DNA of 64,000 bases from Octopus sinensis (lineage: Eukaryota), in contig NC_042997.1 in the NCBI RefSeq assembly GCF_006345805.1, positions 168,702,001 through 168,766,000 of the forward strand, given 5' to 3'. Below, one piece after another: positions 42,298 through 53,791 of this stretch. How positions within the stretch are numbered: the first letter of the stretch is position 1; each line of letters starts with the position of its first letter. The notes below the pieces were generated by a model. The model did no database searches. It was not told where the DNA came from and saw nothing but the letters and a program-made list of their open reading frames with translations. Made by a program: the position numbers and the translations under genes.

Positions 42298-42648
42298 TGT
42301 TTGTCCAAAGAAACTTTTGGCTCAGTACCTAACAAAAATGCACTCCAATCATTTCTAACAAATATCCACAAGGCTTAATGAAAACCAATTCAATAGAATC
42401 TTGATTCATGTATGTGACTCTAAATTCTACACACTTAAGAATGTTTCAAATACCTTTATAATTTGTATTAGGGAATAAAAAAAAACACAAAGATGCATTT
42501 AAAATTACAATAATACAAATATGTACAAGAGCAACTGTACACACACATATATGCATATATTAATATTCATAAGCTAATAAACAATAGGTATTTATATAAA
42601 TCTTAAAATACTTCTTTTTTTTTTTTCAATGTGGAACAAAAAGGATAT

Positions 42649-42817
42649 TTCTTGAACTTCCCTTTCCTCTGAGCCATACTGCTCGGAAACTCTTCTCTCA
42701 CAGCCTTGTTACATGCTGGTCCCCAATGAACCATTTCTGGAATGTTCAGCAGCATACTAATTTTCTGAAGAAGTAGGTCACGTGATACATAACCTTTAGC
42801 ACAGCCAACTAATAACT
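42649..42817 (-). CDS. Internal exon A1 of tandem RFX-like winged-helix protein: (E)LLVGCAKGYVSRDLLLQKISMLLNIPEMVHWGPACNKAVREEFPSSMAQRKGKFK(K)
   Basis: Acceptor TTCATTATTTTCAG; 169 nt open (2 nt + 55 codons + 2 nt); ends at U12 donor ATATCCTTTT; homologous to exon 29647-29473. Confidence 0.9.
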
Positions 42818-43613
42818 CTGAAAATAATGAAGTGAAATTAATTTAAAAAACAAAAAAAAAACTTGATAAATAGCAAAAAAAATAATGCTCTTTTCTGATT
42901 GAAATTTTAAATATTTTAATCAATAAATTAGTGCTAACATGCTATCTTAAAAAGAGAGGGTTGGCAATAATAAAGTATTCCTTCTCCCTAAGCATGTAAA
43001 CTAGCTTTGAAAGATCAATTCATCATTTCTCGGAATTATCTTCCTTTACTTTGTATGTTACTTATAATAGCTGCCAGGATTTTTTCTGTCTCTCAAAGGG
43101 AAATTTCAATTATTTAGGACATTTTTTGTTTACCATTTAACTTCTATTCACAGAGATTATTTAAACATATGCCTGATGGGTTAAATAGTAAAATAATCAA
43201 ATGAGGGCACAAGAGGGTGAATTACAGAGAAGGTGCTGAGAATCATTGAAAGAAAGGATTCCTAATTATTTGGAAGCATTTACAGTTGTTTTGTAACCCC
43301 AGGCCAGCTGTGATTCAGTAAGGTTATTATAAAAGTATTCCAGCCATGACGATCTAAAATGTGAAGCAGTGGAGAGAGAATAAACACAAAGAGACACAGA
43401 TATAACCACAAATATACATGCAAACAAGGGGTGGAGGCACATGGCTTAAAAGTTAGGATGTTGGACTCATGATCGGAAGATTGTGGTTTCAGTTCTTGGA
43501 GTGGGCAATGCATTGAATTCTTAAGCAAAACACTTCATTTCACATTGCTCCTGACCACTCAGCTGGTAAAAATGAATAATCCTGTGATATGGACTAGCAT
43601 CTAATACAGGGAA

Positions 43614-43649
<36 letters not shown>

Positions 43650-44529
43650 TGGCTTGGCTTCATGAACAAATATCAGGAAGGCTGTCCACGTCGTGTGCAT
43701 GCACACTCATGTCTGACAAGTCCTCTTGTGTCTCTTGTCTTTAAACGCGTCTCTTCTTTGTTCCTCAGACTCGCTGACTGCGTTGAAGATCGTGTGGAGC
43801 CAAAAAGCACCCACTACACTCACGGAGTGGTTGGGGTTAGGAAGGGCATCCAGCAGTAGAAACACTGCCAGATCAGACTAGAGCCTTACAGCCTCCTAGC
43901 TTCCCAGACCCCGGTCGAACCGCCCAACCCATGCTAGCATGGAAAGCGGACGTTAAACGATGATGATAATCATCATCATGTTACAGTATTCAATTTGGTG
44001 AATAAAATATAATTTTTTTAAAAACTATTATTAATACAAATTTAGTCAGAAACTGTTTTTGTATTAGAGTAAACGGAAACACACACATTCATGGGCAGTG
44101 GGCCATGGTTATCCGGAATGTGGTGCTGGTACCACCAACAGCCAGCAGTAACCAGAAATATGTAAGACAGCAAAACAATGTAAGATGGTATACATATGTA
44201 TGTGTATGCAAGTATGTGTGCATATAGTTGCGTGTGTCTGCATGTGAGAGTCTGTTCTTTTATATATATGTGTGTTATCATTTGACGACACACCTACCAC
44301 TTTAGCCAAAGTAGCAGAGGAATTTGAGTATGTTTTTAACTTCATAGTTGAGTGCGCAATTGTAGGAGTACATCCAAAGATGCCCCACAGAGTAAATTAT
44401 ATACCCCAGTTCATATGTTAATGTCAACATTTACACAAGTTTCCACCAATTAACAATCATATATGTTCTATGTAATAAGAATAAATAAACATCAGATTGA
44501 GTGCATACATATCTGTGTATGTGTGTATG

Positions 44530-44574
<45 letters not shown>

Positions 44575-44703
44575 TTACTGAGACCATAAATACTAGGTTG
44601 GTATCTAGTACAAGATAACTCACCTCATGGGTAGATAGTCACTATTTTGTTCTGGCTGGCAAATTATCTAGGAGATGGAAAATTCTTACAAGAACACAAC
44701 TAT

Positions 44704-44764
<61 letters not shown>

Positions 44765-45214
44765 TACATATATATAAATATGTATAGGAATGTATATGTG
44801 TATATATGTATGTATGTATATATATTGTATATATATGCATATATATATACACATGTACACATGCACACATACACACACGTACACATGCTGTTACTAGCTA
44901 TATGGTTTATTTCATGGTAGTTATGAAGTTTGATTCCGATACATAACACTACAATTTCTATATATAATAGCTATTAATAATACTATTCATACATTGGTTA
45001 GTGTGGAGTTCCTCATTGAAAGCCACTGCAATGAGGACTCCTTGCTTGTTAGATTAAGGATTTAAATTTAGGTGGCAGAAGTTCTAGGGGTTGCTTTGGT
45101 GCAGTTATCAGAATTTATGGCAGATATTCAATTCTTGTAGTTGATCATATAAACCTTTTCCATCTGATATATATACATATATACACACACACATATATAC
45201 ATATATATACATAT

Positions 45215-45344
45215 ATTTATTTTATAGAAGGAGCTTCTACAGGACTAGAACTGTTTCATTCAAAAGAAATCATCAGTAAGCTCTGATGATTTCTTTTGAA
45301 TGAAACAGTTCTAGTCCTGTAGAAGCTCCTTCTATAAAATAAAT
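45215..45344. ncRNA. Perfect 62-bp-arm palindrome with hammerhead-like core
   Basis: Arms 45215-45276 and 45283-45344; CTGATGA 45283-45289, stem II ttc-tttt-gaa, GAAAC 45302-45306, GTC 45314-45316; stem I cut at the junction. Confidence 0.6.
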
Positions 45345-46333
45345 TAATTTACTCTGCTATGTATTGAGTACCTTATTTACTGTGGTTAACCCCGACTCAA
45401 CCCGGGACCTACATATATATACATATATATATATATACATATATATATATTTACATATATATATGCATATATATATACATATATACATACATACATACAT
45501 ACATACATACATACATACATACATACATACATACATACATACATAGTGAGAGTGAGCGGGGGAAAAAAGAGAAAGAGAGTGTAACTTTTATGTACAAATA
45601 GATGTATGATTGCTACAGTTATGTTTAGATTATCATCATCCAGTCTGCTTCTATTATAGCAGTTAAGCAACTGCTATACAGAGCAAACATAGGTGAAATT
45701 ACAATAAACACAAATTCATATTATTTGTTCCTATGCTCCAGCATGGCCACAGTCAAATGACTGAAACAAGTAAAAGAAAAAAAATATGTTTCACCATTGT
45801 AGTTATTTGTGCAATTGGTTGCTTAATATCAATGGATGACCAGGGAATACTTTATGGCATTATGTTATAGAGAGCTAATGTCTGGAGTTGGATAGCTTTC
45901 TGGATATTTTATAAGTATTTGTGAGGGAAGTAGAGAAAGAGCTAAGAGCTTAAAAAAAAAGATAAAGAAGGATGAAGAGACAAGAGAAAGGGAGAGAGCA
46001 TAAACAAAATAGAGAATAAAGAGAGGTAATATTTATCCATACTTAAATGTGGATGTTCTGTTAGAACAAACAATACTGTGGTAAATACATGAGAGAAACT
46101 CTCATATTGGCTTTAGGTGCAAAATGTATTCTTGTTTACATTGCTAGCAGGGAGATAAATCTCCTCTACCTCCAGCACTGAGACCACCAGTCTTGACAAT
46201 GATGGACACTCAACTGCTAGAGATAGCAGTAACTCATCTGCCTGCCAGTAATATATAGAAAAACAGTGCCAGAACAGGAGCTGGTGTTGCAATTAGCCAG
46301 CAAGCTTGTTAAAAATATATAAGTGGCGTGTTA

Positions 46334-47261
46334 GGATCTGTTCAATTTGGCTCACGGATTTTTTTAAATAAATTTTTTTGAAACTCTGTATACTGGTGGA
46401 ATTTCTCACACAGAACACAGTTTACTCTGAACAATTTTAACAAAATTTTGTATTTTAAAAATTATTTTGTGTTGTCGTATTAGTGTAATTTTAGCCAATC
46501 AACAAAGTGTATCCAGTTGAAAAAAGCTACTGCTGTTTATGATAGTAATTGATGAGGAACAATTTCCGGGCCATCTCTACTAAATGTCACCACTCTGTTC
46601 TATTTTATTTTTTGTTTACTGCCTGTGTTGCATATTACACACTTTTTTCTTTGGTTCTCACACTGGAGTAACCAGTAAGCATATAGAGCTACGGGTCCAC
46701 AACTAGCTTTTTGTTGTTGATATGTATGTAGTTTCAAAATGCCTTATTTTACAACTATAAGATGTATTGTTATTGTTATGATTTTATCTTACTATAATTA
46801 ACAACAAACACATTTCATCAATATAAAAGTCTTTATTAGATTAAAAATAACATTATCAAAACATGAGGGTAAAACAAAACAAATATGCTTTGTTTTCTTC
46901 AAGGCACACCAGTAGAGAGGGAAAGAGTAAGGAATGCAGGGTGCTGACTAGAAAGGAAGAAAGTATAAAGGTTGCATCATCTTCACTCGACATACAAATA
47001 GAACAGAGTTGACCCGGAAGTTGTTCCTCTTTGATTACTATCACAAACAGCAGTAGCTTTCTTCAACTGAATACACATTATTGGTTGGCTAAAATTACCC
47101 AAATATAACAACTTTAACATGAAATAACTTCTAAAATAAGAAATTTCATCAAAAATGTTCAAAGTAAACCGTGTTCTGGGTAAGAAATTCTACCAGTATA
47201 CAAAGTTTCAAACTGCTTAGTTAAAAAAAATTAATAAAAAAATCTGTCAAATTGAACAGAT
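46334..47261. mobile_element. Fold-back MITE with ~270-bp degenerate TIRs
   Basis: Left GGATCTGTTCAATTTG...gctactgctgtttatgatagtaat; right attactatcacaaacagcagtagc...caaattgaacagat. Confidence 0.75.
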
Positions 47262-47274
47262 AAGAAAGATTGTT

Positions 47275-47561
47275 GAAATTTACAGAAAAACAAAAGACAA
47301 AGATAGGTGTATAAACAATAACCAGATGTATTAGTTTAATGCTTGGGAAGGTGACAAAGTCTTTTACGTTTTGAGCCTATGCTCTTAAATTGAAAGGAAG
47401 ACGAGGAAATAAACAGGAAGAATAAAAAAATCTTTTGGAGCTAGCGGCCAATCATGGCAGCTGGCTGGACAATGGTAGTTAGACAGGAGAGCTAGGAAGA
47501 AAGGGAAATAATAAAGTATTGGTGATCCCAAAACAAAGCTGCGCATGCATGTTTGTGTGAG

Positions 47562-47600
<39 letters not shown>

Positions 47601-49048
47601 AAGTGGATAGGGGCTGGTGACTTTGATGTGTAGATGTGTGTGGGTGTGGGTGCTGGGAAGTGGTCAGTGCTAGTGTGTGCAGGGGAGAGTGATGTGGTAT
47701 GATGTGGTGTAGTGTGGCAGTGTTGGGGTGTGGGGATGCGAGGGTGGGGTGTGGGGATGTGAGGGTGGTTGTGGGTTTGGGTGAGGATGTGTGGTTGGAG
47801 TATGTGGGAATGGGATGTGTAGGGGTGGGGTGTGGACGGAGAGGGTATCGATGAAGGGAGGTGGGTAAGAGTGAAGAGAGAAAGTAGGTGTAAGAGGAAG
47901 AGAAGAGGAGGGAAGTCAGATGAAGAGGTGAGGTGAGTTGAGCCCATGTGGGGCAAAGGAGCAAAAAGAGAAGATTAATTCCTGTTCACATTGAAGGCAG
48001 GAGTCCAGATGGTCCCAGTGCAAAGACAATCCGAACACAGACAGGTGTTGTAATGAATGTCTGGTAGAGCGGAAATGGCACGATACTGGGGTGTCATTGC
48101 TGAGTCTAATGCCTCAGAACTGCTCCGCAAATTGGTCAGCCAAGCAGCATCCTGTTTGACCGATGTACAGAGAAGGACAGAAAGAGCAGGAGATGCAGTA
48201 AACGACATTCCTAGAAGTGCGTGTAAAGGAGTCAGTGATATGATAGGGATGATGATGGGTGCTTGTGAGGATGGTGGTGTTGGAGAGGTAGGAGCAAGTG
48301 CAGAAGCATAGGTGGGAGCAGGGGAACAAGCCAGGTTGGGAGATGGGGTTAGGGAAGAAACTGTTGACCAGGAGGTCACGTAGGTTGTGAGCTCGTTTGA
48401 AGGAGGAAAGGGGTAAGTTGATGAAGATGTGTGAAGTGGAGGGGTTGGATTGGAGTTGCCAGAAAGCTCAGAGAATGGTGCATTGGAGGGGCAGAGTGGA
48501 GGGGTAGTAGGTGAGGGGAAACGGGAGATGGGTAACAGGAGGGCGGGTGTGGAGAGGGAGAGCAGAGGTATGGTCCACAGAATGTGCTCTGGCAAGGGCA
48601 GTGTGGATAGTGGTGAGAGGATATCCATGAAGGGTGAAGTGGCGAGCCATGAGTTTAGACTGAGTCTCAACGTCATGGTTGTCACTACAGAGCCTATGCA
48701 GATGAAGGAATTGAGAGTAGAGGATGGAAAGCTTGATGTGGGTAGGGTGGGAGGAAGAGAAGTTGAGGTATGAGTATGAGTCAGTGTGTTTGTAGTGGAT
48801 AAAGGTAGTGAGAGTGGTGTTGTGTATGTTGAGAAAGATGATGGAAGTGTTGGAAATGGTGCAGGAGAATTCGAGGGCAGGATGGAAGATTTGGACAAAA
48901 GAGAGGAAGAAGTCTAGTTGTTCATGGGAGAGTGAGGTCGCACCGATACAGTCATCAATATAACAGTTCGGGAGGGGAACCAGTGAATCTTGAAAATATT
49001 TAGGTCTGAATGTAGCCTGGCAAACAGGTTCGCATAGTTGGAGTCCCT

Positions 49049-49052
<4 letters not shown>
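47275..49052 (-). mobile_element. Penelope-like retroelement, 5'-truncated (RT C-terminus + GIY-YIG endonuclease, frameshifted)
   Basis: CYIDDCIG...IHYKHTDSYSYLNFSSSHP (RT thumb) and SRNVVYCISCSFCPSLYIGQTG (GIY-YIG) in different frames; terminal repeat at 47275-47420. Confidence 0.88.
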
Positions 49053-49083
<31 letters not shown>

Positions 49084-49924
49084 CACACACACACACATAT
49101 ATATAAATGAATACACCCAAGACAAAGAAAGAAAGAAAGCATGGTGAGAAACAGAGCACATGAGAGAGCGAGGAGGAAGTAAGGGATTATTAAAAAAGTA
49201 GTGTTTCAAGTGGTCAATCTGTTAACTCATCCACTGAAACCAATAGAAATTGGAAAATGAATATAAACACAAATATACATAAATAAAGGAGTATGAAAAG
49301 GTCATGACCTTACACAGCATAAGTGTTCAAAGGTCAATTTGTATATTTAAAAAAGGACAAAATCTAAACACATATATTTTTAAGTATAAAACTATGGATT
49401 CATACAAACACACGCCCACACAATATATATAAATATACACTCATACACATATGTATATATATTAGAAACAGAGGCTAGCCAGGGAGCTTGTTAAAATATG
49501 TAAATTAGCAACAGAGACAACATTAATACTGAGAGGTAATATTTATCCTCACTTGAACATGGATGTACTGTTGGAACAAACTATACTGCAGTAGATACCA
49601 TGAGAGAAACTCTCATAACGTGTGTGTCTAAGGAACACATAGGTGCCTCTCCAGTGTTACAAAAAAAATCATCCTGTAAAGTGGTTGTTGTTCTAAAGGG
49701 TAGCCAATCATAGAAACCAAACCAAATATGAACTATTGTGCTACCATCGTCATCAGTGTTGTCCAATCGTTATTATATTCCATAAATCAACACAAATCAG
49801 AAGACTTTAGATATTCCATCAAATCAATTCACTTCAATACAGGACAAATATGAATATAAATGGCATCTGATATTATTTTCAGACTTTGAAGTTAAAAACA
49901 AAGAATTTCAGGCAAGACAGGTAA

Positions 49925-50323
49925 TCTTTATATATAAAAGTAAGGTTGTGTGTCTGTCTCCTACGATTTAGATTCCTAACTACTCCCACATTTTGCAGTG
50001 CAGTTTAACCAAAACCGGGTATCTTATAGTCGTGATTCATATCAAGCCCTTCTGGGTATTAGCGCGCATCTACGATGAGTCTACGATTTAAAAAAAAATT
50101 TACCATCATTTTTTTCCATTTTAATGTATTTTTTTCCACTATTATATAAGGGAAGTAACTCTCTAAAAATGTCTACGATGAGTCAACGATTTAAAAAAAA
50201 ATTTACCATCATTTTTTTTCCATCTTTAATGCATTTTTTGCTATTTTTTGGCTATAACTCTCTAAAAATGCTTATATAGTTATTTCCCTTACAAACCCGA
50301 GCAACACTGGGCGATACTGCTAG
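49925..50323 (+). mobile_element. Non-autonomous Helitron
   Basis: a|TCTTTATATATAAAAG start; subterminal hairpin cccgagcaacactggg; CTAG|t end; internal ~60-bp direct repeat. Confidence 0.88.
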
Positions 50324-50561
50324 TGCAATGTAAATAGAGAAGATAAATAGTTAAAAAAAAACAAGGTAATAAGACAAAGCTGGGGTATACCAAGAAAAAT
50401 ACCTTTGGTATTAGGTGTGAAAAGTTACATCGTGTAAATTACAAATAAAAAAACACGTAATTAAAAGAAATCTATTAAAAATGTAAGACCCTTTATGACT
50501 TTTGGACCACCCTGTATATGTAGTGTGTGTGTGTGTGTGTGTATGTGTGTGTGTATATATA

Positions 50562-50606
<45 letters not shown>

Positions 50607-51139
50607 CAAGTTTATAGAAAAACAAAAGACAAAGACAGGTGTATGAACAACAAACAGGTGTATTAGTTTGACACATGGAAAAAGGGAAAAGTCTTTTATG
50701 TTTCAAGCCTATGCTCTTCAACACAAAGGAATAAGAAAAAATAAACATCATCATCATCATCGTCATCGTTTAACATCCGGTTTGTATGCTGGCATGGGTT
50801 GGATGGTTTGACTAAGGACTGGCGAGCCAGAAGGCTGCACCAGGCTCCAATCTGATCTGCCAAAGTTTCTACAGCTGGATGCCCTTCCTAACATCAAGCA
50901 CTCTGAGAGTGCAGTGGGTGCTTTTACGTGCCACTGGCACAAAGGCCAGTCAGTTGCATGCTCTGAAAGATCACAACTCTGATCTCACTTTATTTGCCTA
51001 TACCAGTGTCACATAACCAGAGTATTTAAAAAGTACCTTTCAATTGTCAGGCAACATGCCATGCATGAGGAGACCAACTGAGTCAAGTAAAATCAAAAAT
51101 CAAAATAACAATCAGAATCTCAATCGAATCAAAATCAAA

Positions 51140-51590
51140 AATGGAAATTGTAGTTGTGGCCAATGCCAGTGCCACCTAACTGGCTCCTGTGCTGGTGGCA
51201 CACAATAAGCCCCATTCATGCATGGGTCATTGCCAGTGCTCCCTGACTGGCTCCCCATGCTGGTGGCGTGTAAAAGGTACCATCTGAATGTGGTTGATGC
51301 CATCACTCCGCCCCTACTGGCTCCTGTACCAGTAGCACATAGAAAGCACCATCTGAACGTGGCTGATGCCAGTGCCACTTGACTGGCTCCCATGCCGGTG
51401 GCACATAAAAAGCAGCCACTACACTCTCTCAAAGTGGTTGGCGTTAGGAAGGGCATCCAGCTGTAGAAACATTGCCTGATCAAATTAGAGCCTGGTGCAT
51501 CCCCCTGGCTTGCCAGTCTCCTGTCAAACTGTCCAACATATGACAGCATGGAAAACAGACATTAAACAATGATGATGATGACAATGATGA
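51140..51590 (+). mobile_element. Family B element: tandem ~55-bp GC-rich units plus RTE-type tail
   Basis: Units like actggctcctgtgctggtggcac...aaaagcacc, then aagcacccactacactc...gatgatgat; copies at ~34205, ~37750, ~43800, ~50750 (minus), ~56455, ~57700. Confidence 0.75.
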
Positions 51591-51864
51591 CTTGTAAGTT
51601 ATATATAAATGTAATTTGACATTATATTGAACTGGGGTAGAATTGGGATAGAAAATAAGTGCAGATTCAAAATCAAAAACACAGGTTACAACATCAGTTT
51701 CAATGTAGAATTTCATGTTAAGAATCTTCACAAAAATGAACTTAGCGTGGTATTGTTAAAGGTGAAGTTTTATGAAAGATTCTTTTATTTTTTTTAAACT
51801 ACAATTATTCTAAATAATAAACACACATAGTATGCATAAATGATAGAGTGATAGAGTGTAAGTG

Positions 51865-53190
51865 ATTTGAGAGAAAAGCTGGGTATATGAGGCATCAGAT
51901 GAAGCGTGCAAAAGAGAAGACTGTGTTGGTATAGCCATGTAATACTCTTTACTTGTTTCAGTCATTTGACTGAGACCATGCTGGAACACTGCCTTTAGTC
52001 GAGTAAATCGAGCCCAGGACTTATTCCTTGTAAGCCTAGTACTTATTCTATCAGTCTCTTTTGCTGAACTGCTAAGTTATGGGGATGTAAACACACCAGC
52101 ATCGGTTGTCAAGCGATGTTGGGGGGACAAACACAGACCCACAAACATATACACACACATACATATATATATTCATATATACGATGGGCTTCTTTCAGTT
52201 TCCATCTACCAAATCCACTCACAAGACTTTGGTCGGCCCGAGGCTATAGTAGAAGACACTTGTCCAAGGTGCCACGCAGTGGGATTGTACCCGGAACCAT
52301 GTGGTTCGTAAGCAAGCTACCACACAGCCACTCCTACACCTAATGTGGATTAATGAAGACAGTTGCATCAAGCGGTGTTGATCTCTAATTTTGAAGGGAA
52401 CATGTGGAAGCAGTAGACCCAGGAAGATATGGGATTAGTGGTGAGAAAGGAACTTCAGATGTTGGGCTTCACAGACAGGATGACAGGAGACAGAAACTCC
52501 TGGCAGTTTGTTGTACTTGAGAACACACATCAAGCTAAGTAAAAGCATGATTGTCCTTGCATGCTGGCATACTCTGCATCCCTCTCAAGCCGAGATTTCT
52601 AATTATGCAGGCTCATGGGTGTTGGTTGCCATGTATAAAGCACCCATATTGATGCCACATAAACACAACTATGCTGATGTTTTTGTTTGTTCCTACTTGA
52701 GCCACGCCTGGCTCATAAGGGCCGGTTTCCCGGTTTCCTTGACATACAGGTTCCCCACCTGGACGGGATGCCGCTCCGTCGCAGGTGAGCTGCAAAATGC
52801 AGGAGGAAAGCGTGAGAGAAAGTTGTGGCGAAAGAGTCAGCAGAAGTTTGCCATTACCATCTGCCGGAGCCGCTTGGAGCTTAGGTGTTTCGCTCATAAA
52901 TACACACATTGCCCGGTCTGAGATTCAAACCTGTGATCCCGCGATCATGAGTCCGCTGCTCTAACCACTAGGCCATGTGCCTCCACAACTATGCTGATGC
53001 CATGTATAAAGCACCCAGTACACTCTGTAAAGTGATTGGTGTTAGGAAGAGCATCCAGCTGTAGAAAACATGCCAAAATAATCATGGCGCCAGGACAGCT
53101 CTTTGGCTGGCCAGCTCCTGTCAAACTGTCCAACCCGTTTCAGCATGGAAAACTGAGGTTAAGTGGTGATGATGATGATGATGACTGGTT
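51865..53190 (+). mobile_element. RTE LINE 3' end interrupted by two SINEs
   Basis: RT remnant at 51865-51940 and 52345-52560, tail to 53190; family A SINE at 51945-52341; family E SINE at 52680-52983 with 16-bp TSD cacaactatgctgatg. Confidence 0.75.
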
Positions 53191-53389
53191 CAGTTTCACT
53201 TCTTTGTAATTATTTGTTAATTGGTAAACTATTTAACCAACTAACTAATCAATTGTTTGATTACTCATTCAGTTAACCAATCAATCAGGTATGTTTGTCA
53301 AAGTCCTTTTGGCACCATTATCAAGAATCTTGCAAATCAAATACAAAAAATTAGATAATATTCTACAATTTTAGTTATTATGCTTTATA

Positions 53390-53791
53390 TGCGTAGGAGT
53401 GGCTGTGTGGTAAGTAGCTTGCTTACGAACCACATGATTCCGGGTTCAGTCCTACTGCGTGGCACCTTGGGCAAGTGTCTTCTACTGTAGCCTCGGGCCA
53501 ACCAAAGCCTTGTGAGTGGATTTGGTAGACAGAAACTGAAAGAAGACCGTCGTATATATGTATATGTGTGTGTGTATGTTTGTGTGTCTGTGTTTGTACC
53601 CCCAACATCGCTTGACAACTGCTGCTGGTGTGTTTATGTCCCTGTAACTTAGCGGTTCGGGAAAAGAGACCGATAGAATAAGTACTAGGCTTACAAAGAA
53701 TAAGTCCTGGGGTCGATTTGCTCGACTAAAGGCGGTGCTCCAGCATGGCCACAGTCAAAATGACTGAAACAAGTAAAAGAGTAAAAGAGTA
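53390..53791 (+). mobile_element. SINE family A
   Basis: Full body. Confidence 0.85.

Larger units (their letters stand above)
33402..42648 (-). other. U12-type AT-AC intron 1 (9247 nt, phase 2)
   Basis: 5' end AAGAA|ATATCCTTTTTG at 42648; branch site TCCTTAAT at 33420-33413; 3' end GCTGACAAC|G at 33402; splicing restores KFK-K-YYFGV. Confidence 0.88.

Noticed and set aside
44990-45060. TCCTTAAT followed by ESSLQWLSMRN as another U12 acceptor exon
   Set aside because: Branch-to-AC spacing too short, and joining to exon A1 is out of phase or creates TAG; the segment is a small hairpin.
47975-49142. 307-aa and 224-aa ORFs as host genes
   Set aside because: Frameshifted Penelope RT/GIY-YIG; much of the 307-aa ORF is off-frame.
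51140-51420. CRISPR-like array of ~55-bp repeats
   Set aside because: Degenerate tandem units without unique spacers, in a eukaryotic retroelement; no cas genes.
51480-51731. 83-aa ORF as an upstream exon
   Set aside because: Overlaps a repeat tail; no compatible splice sites or motif similarity.
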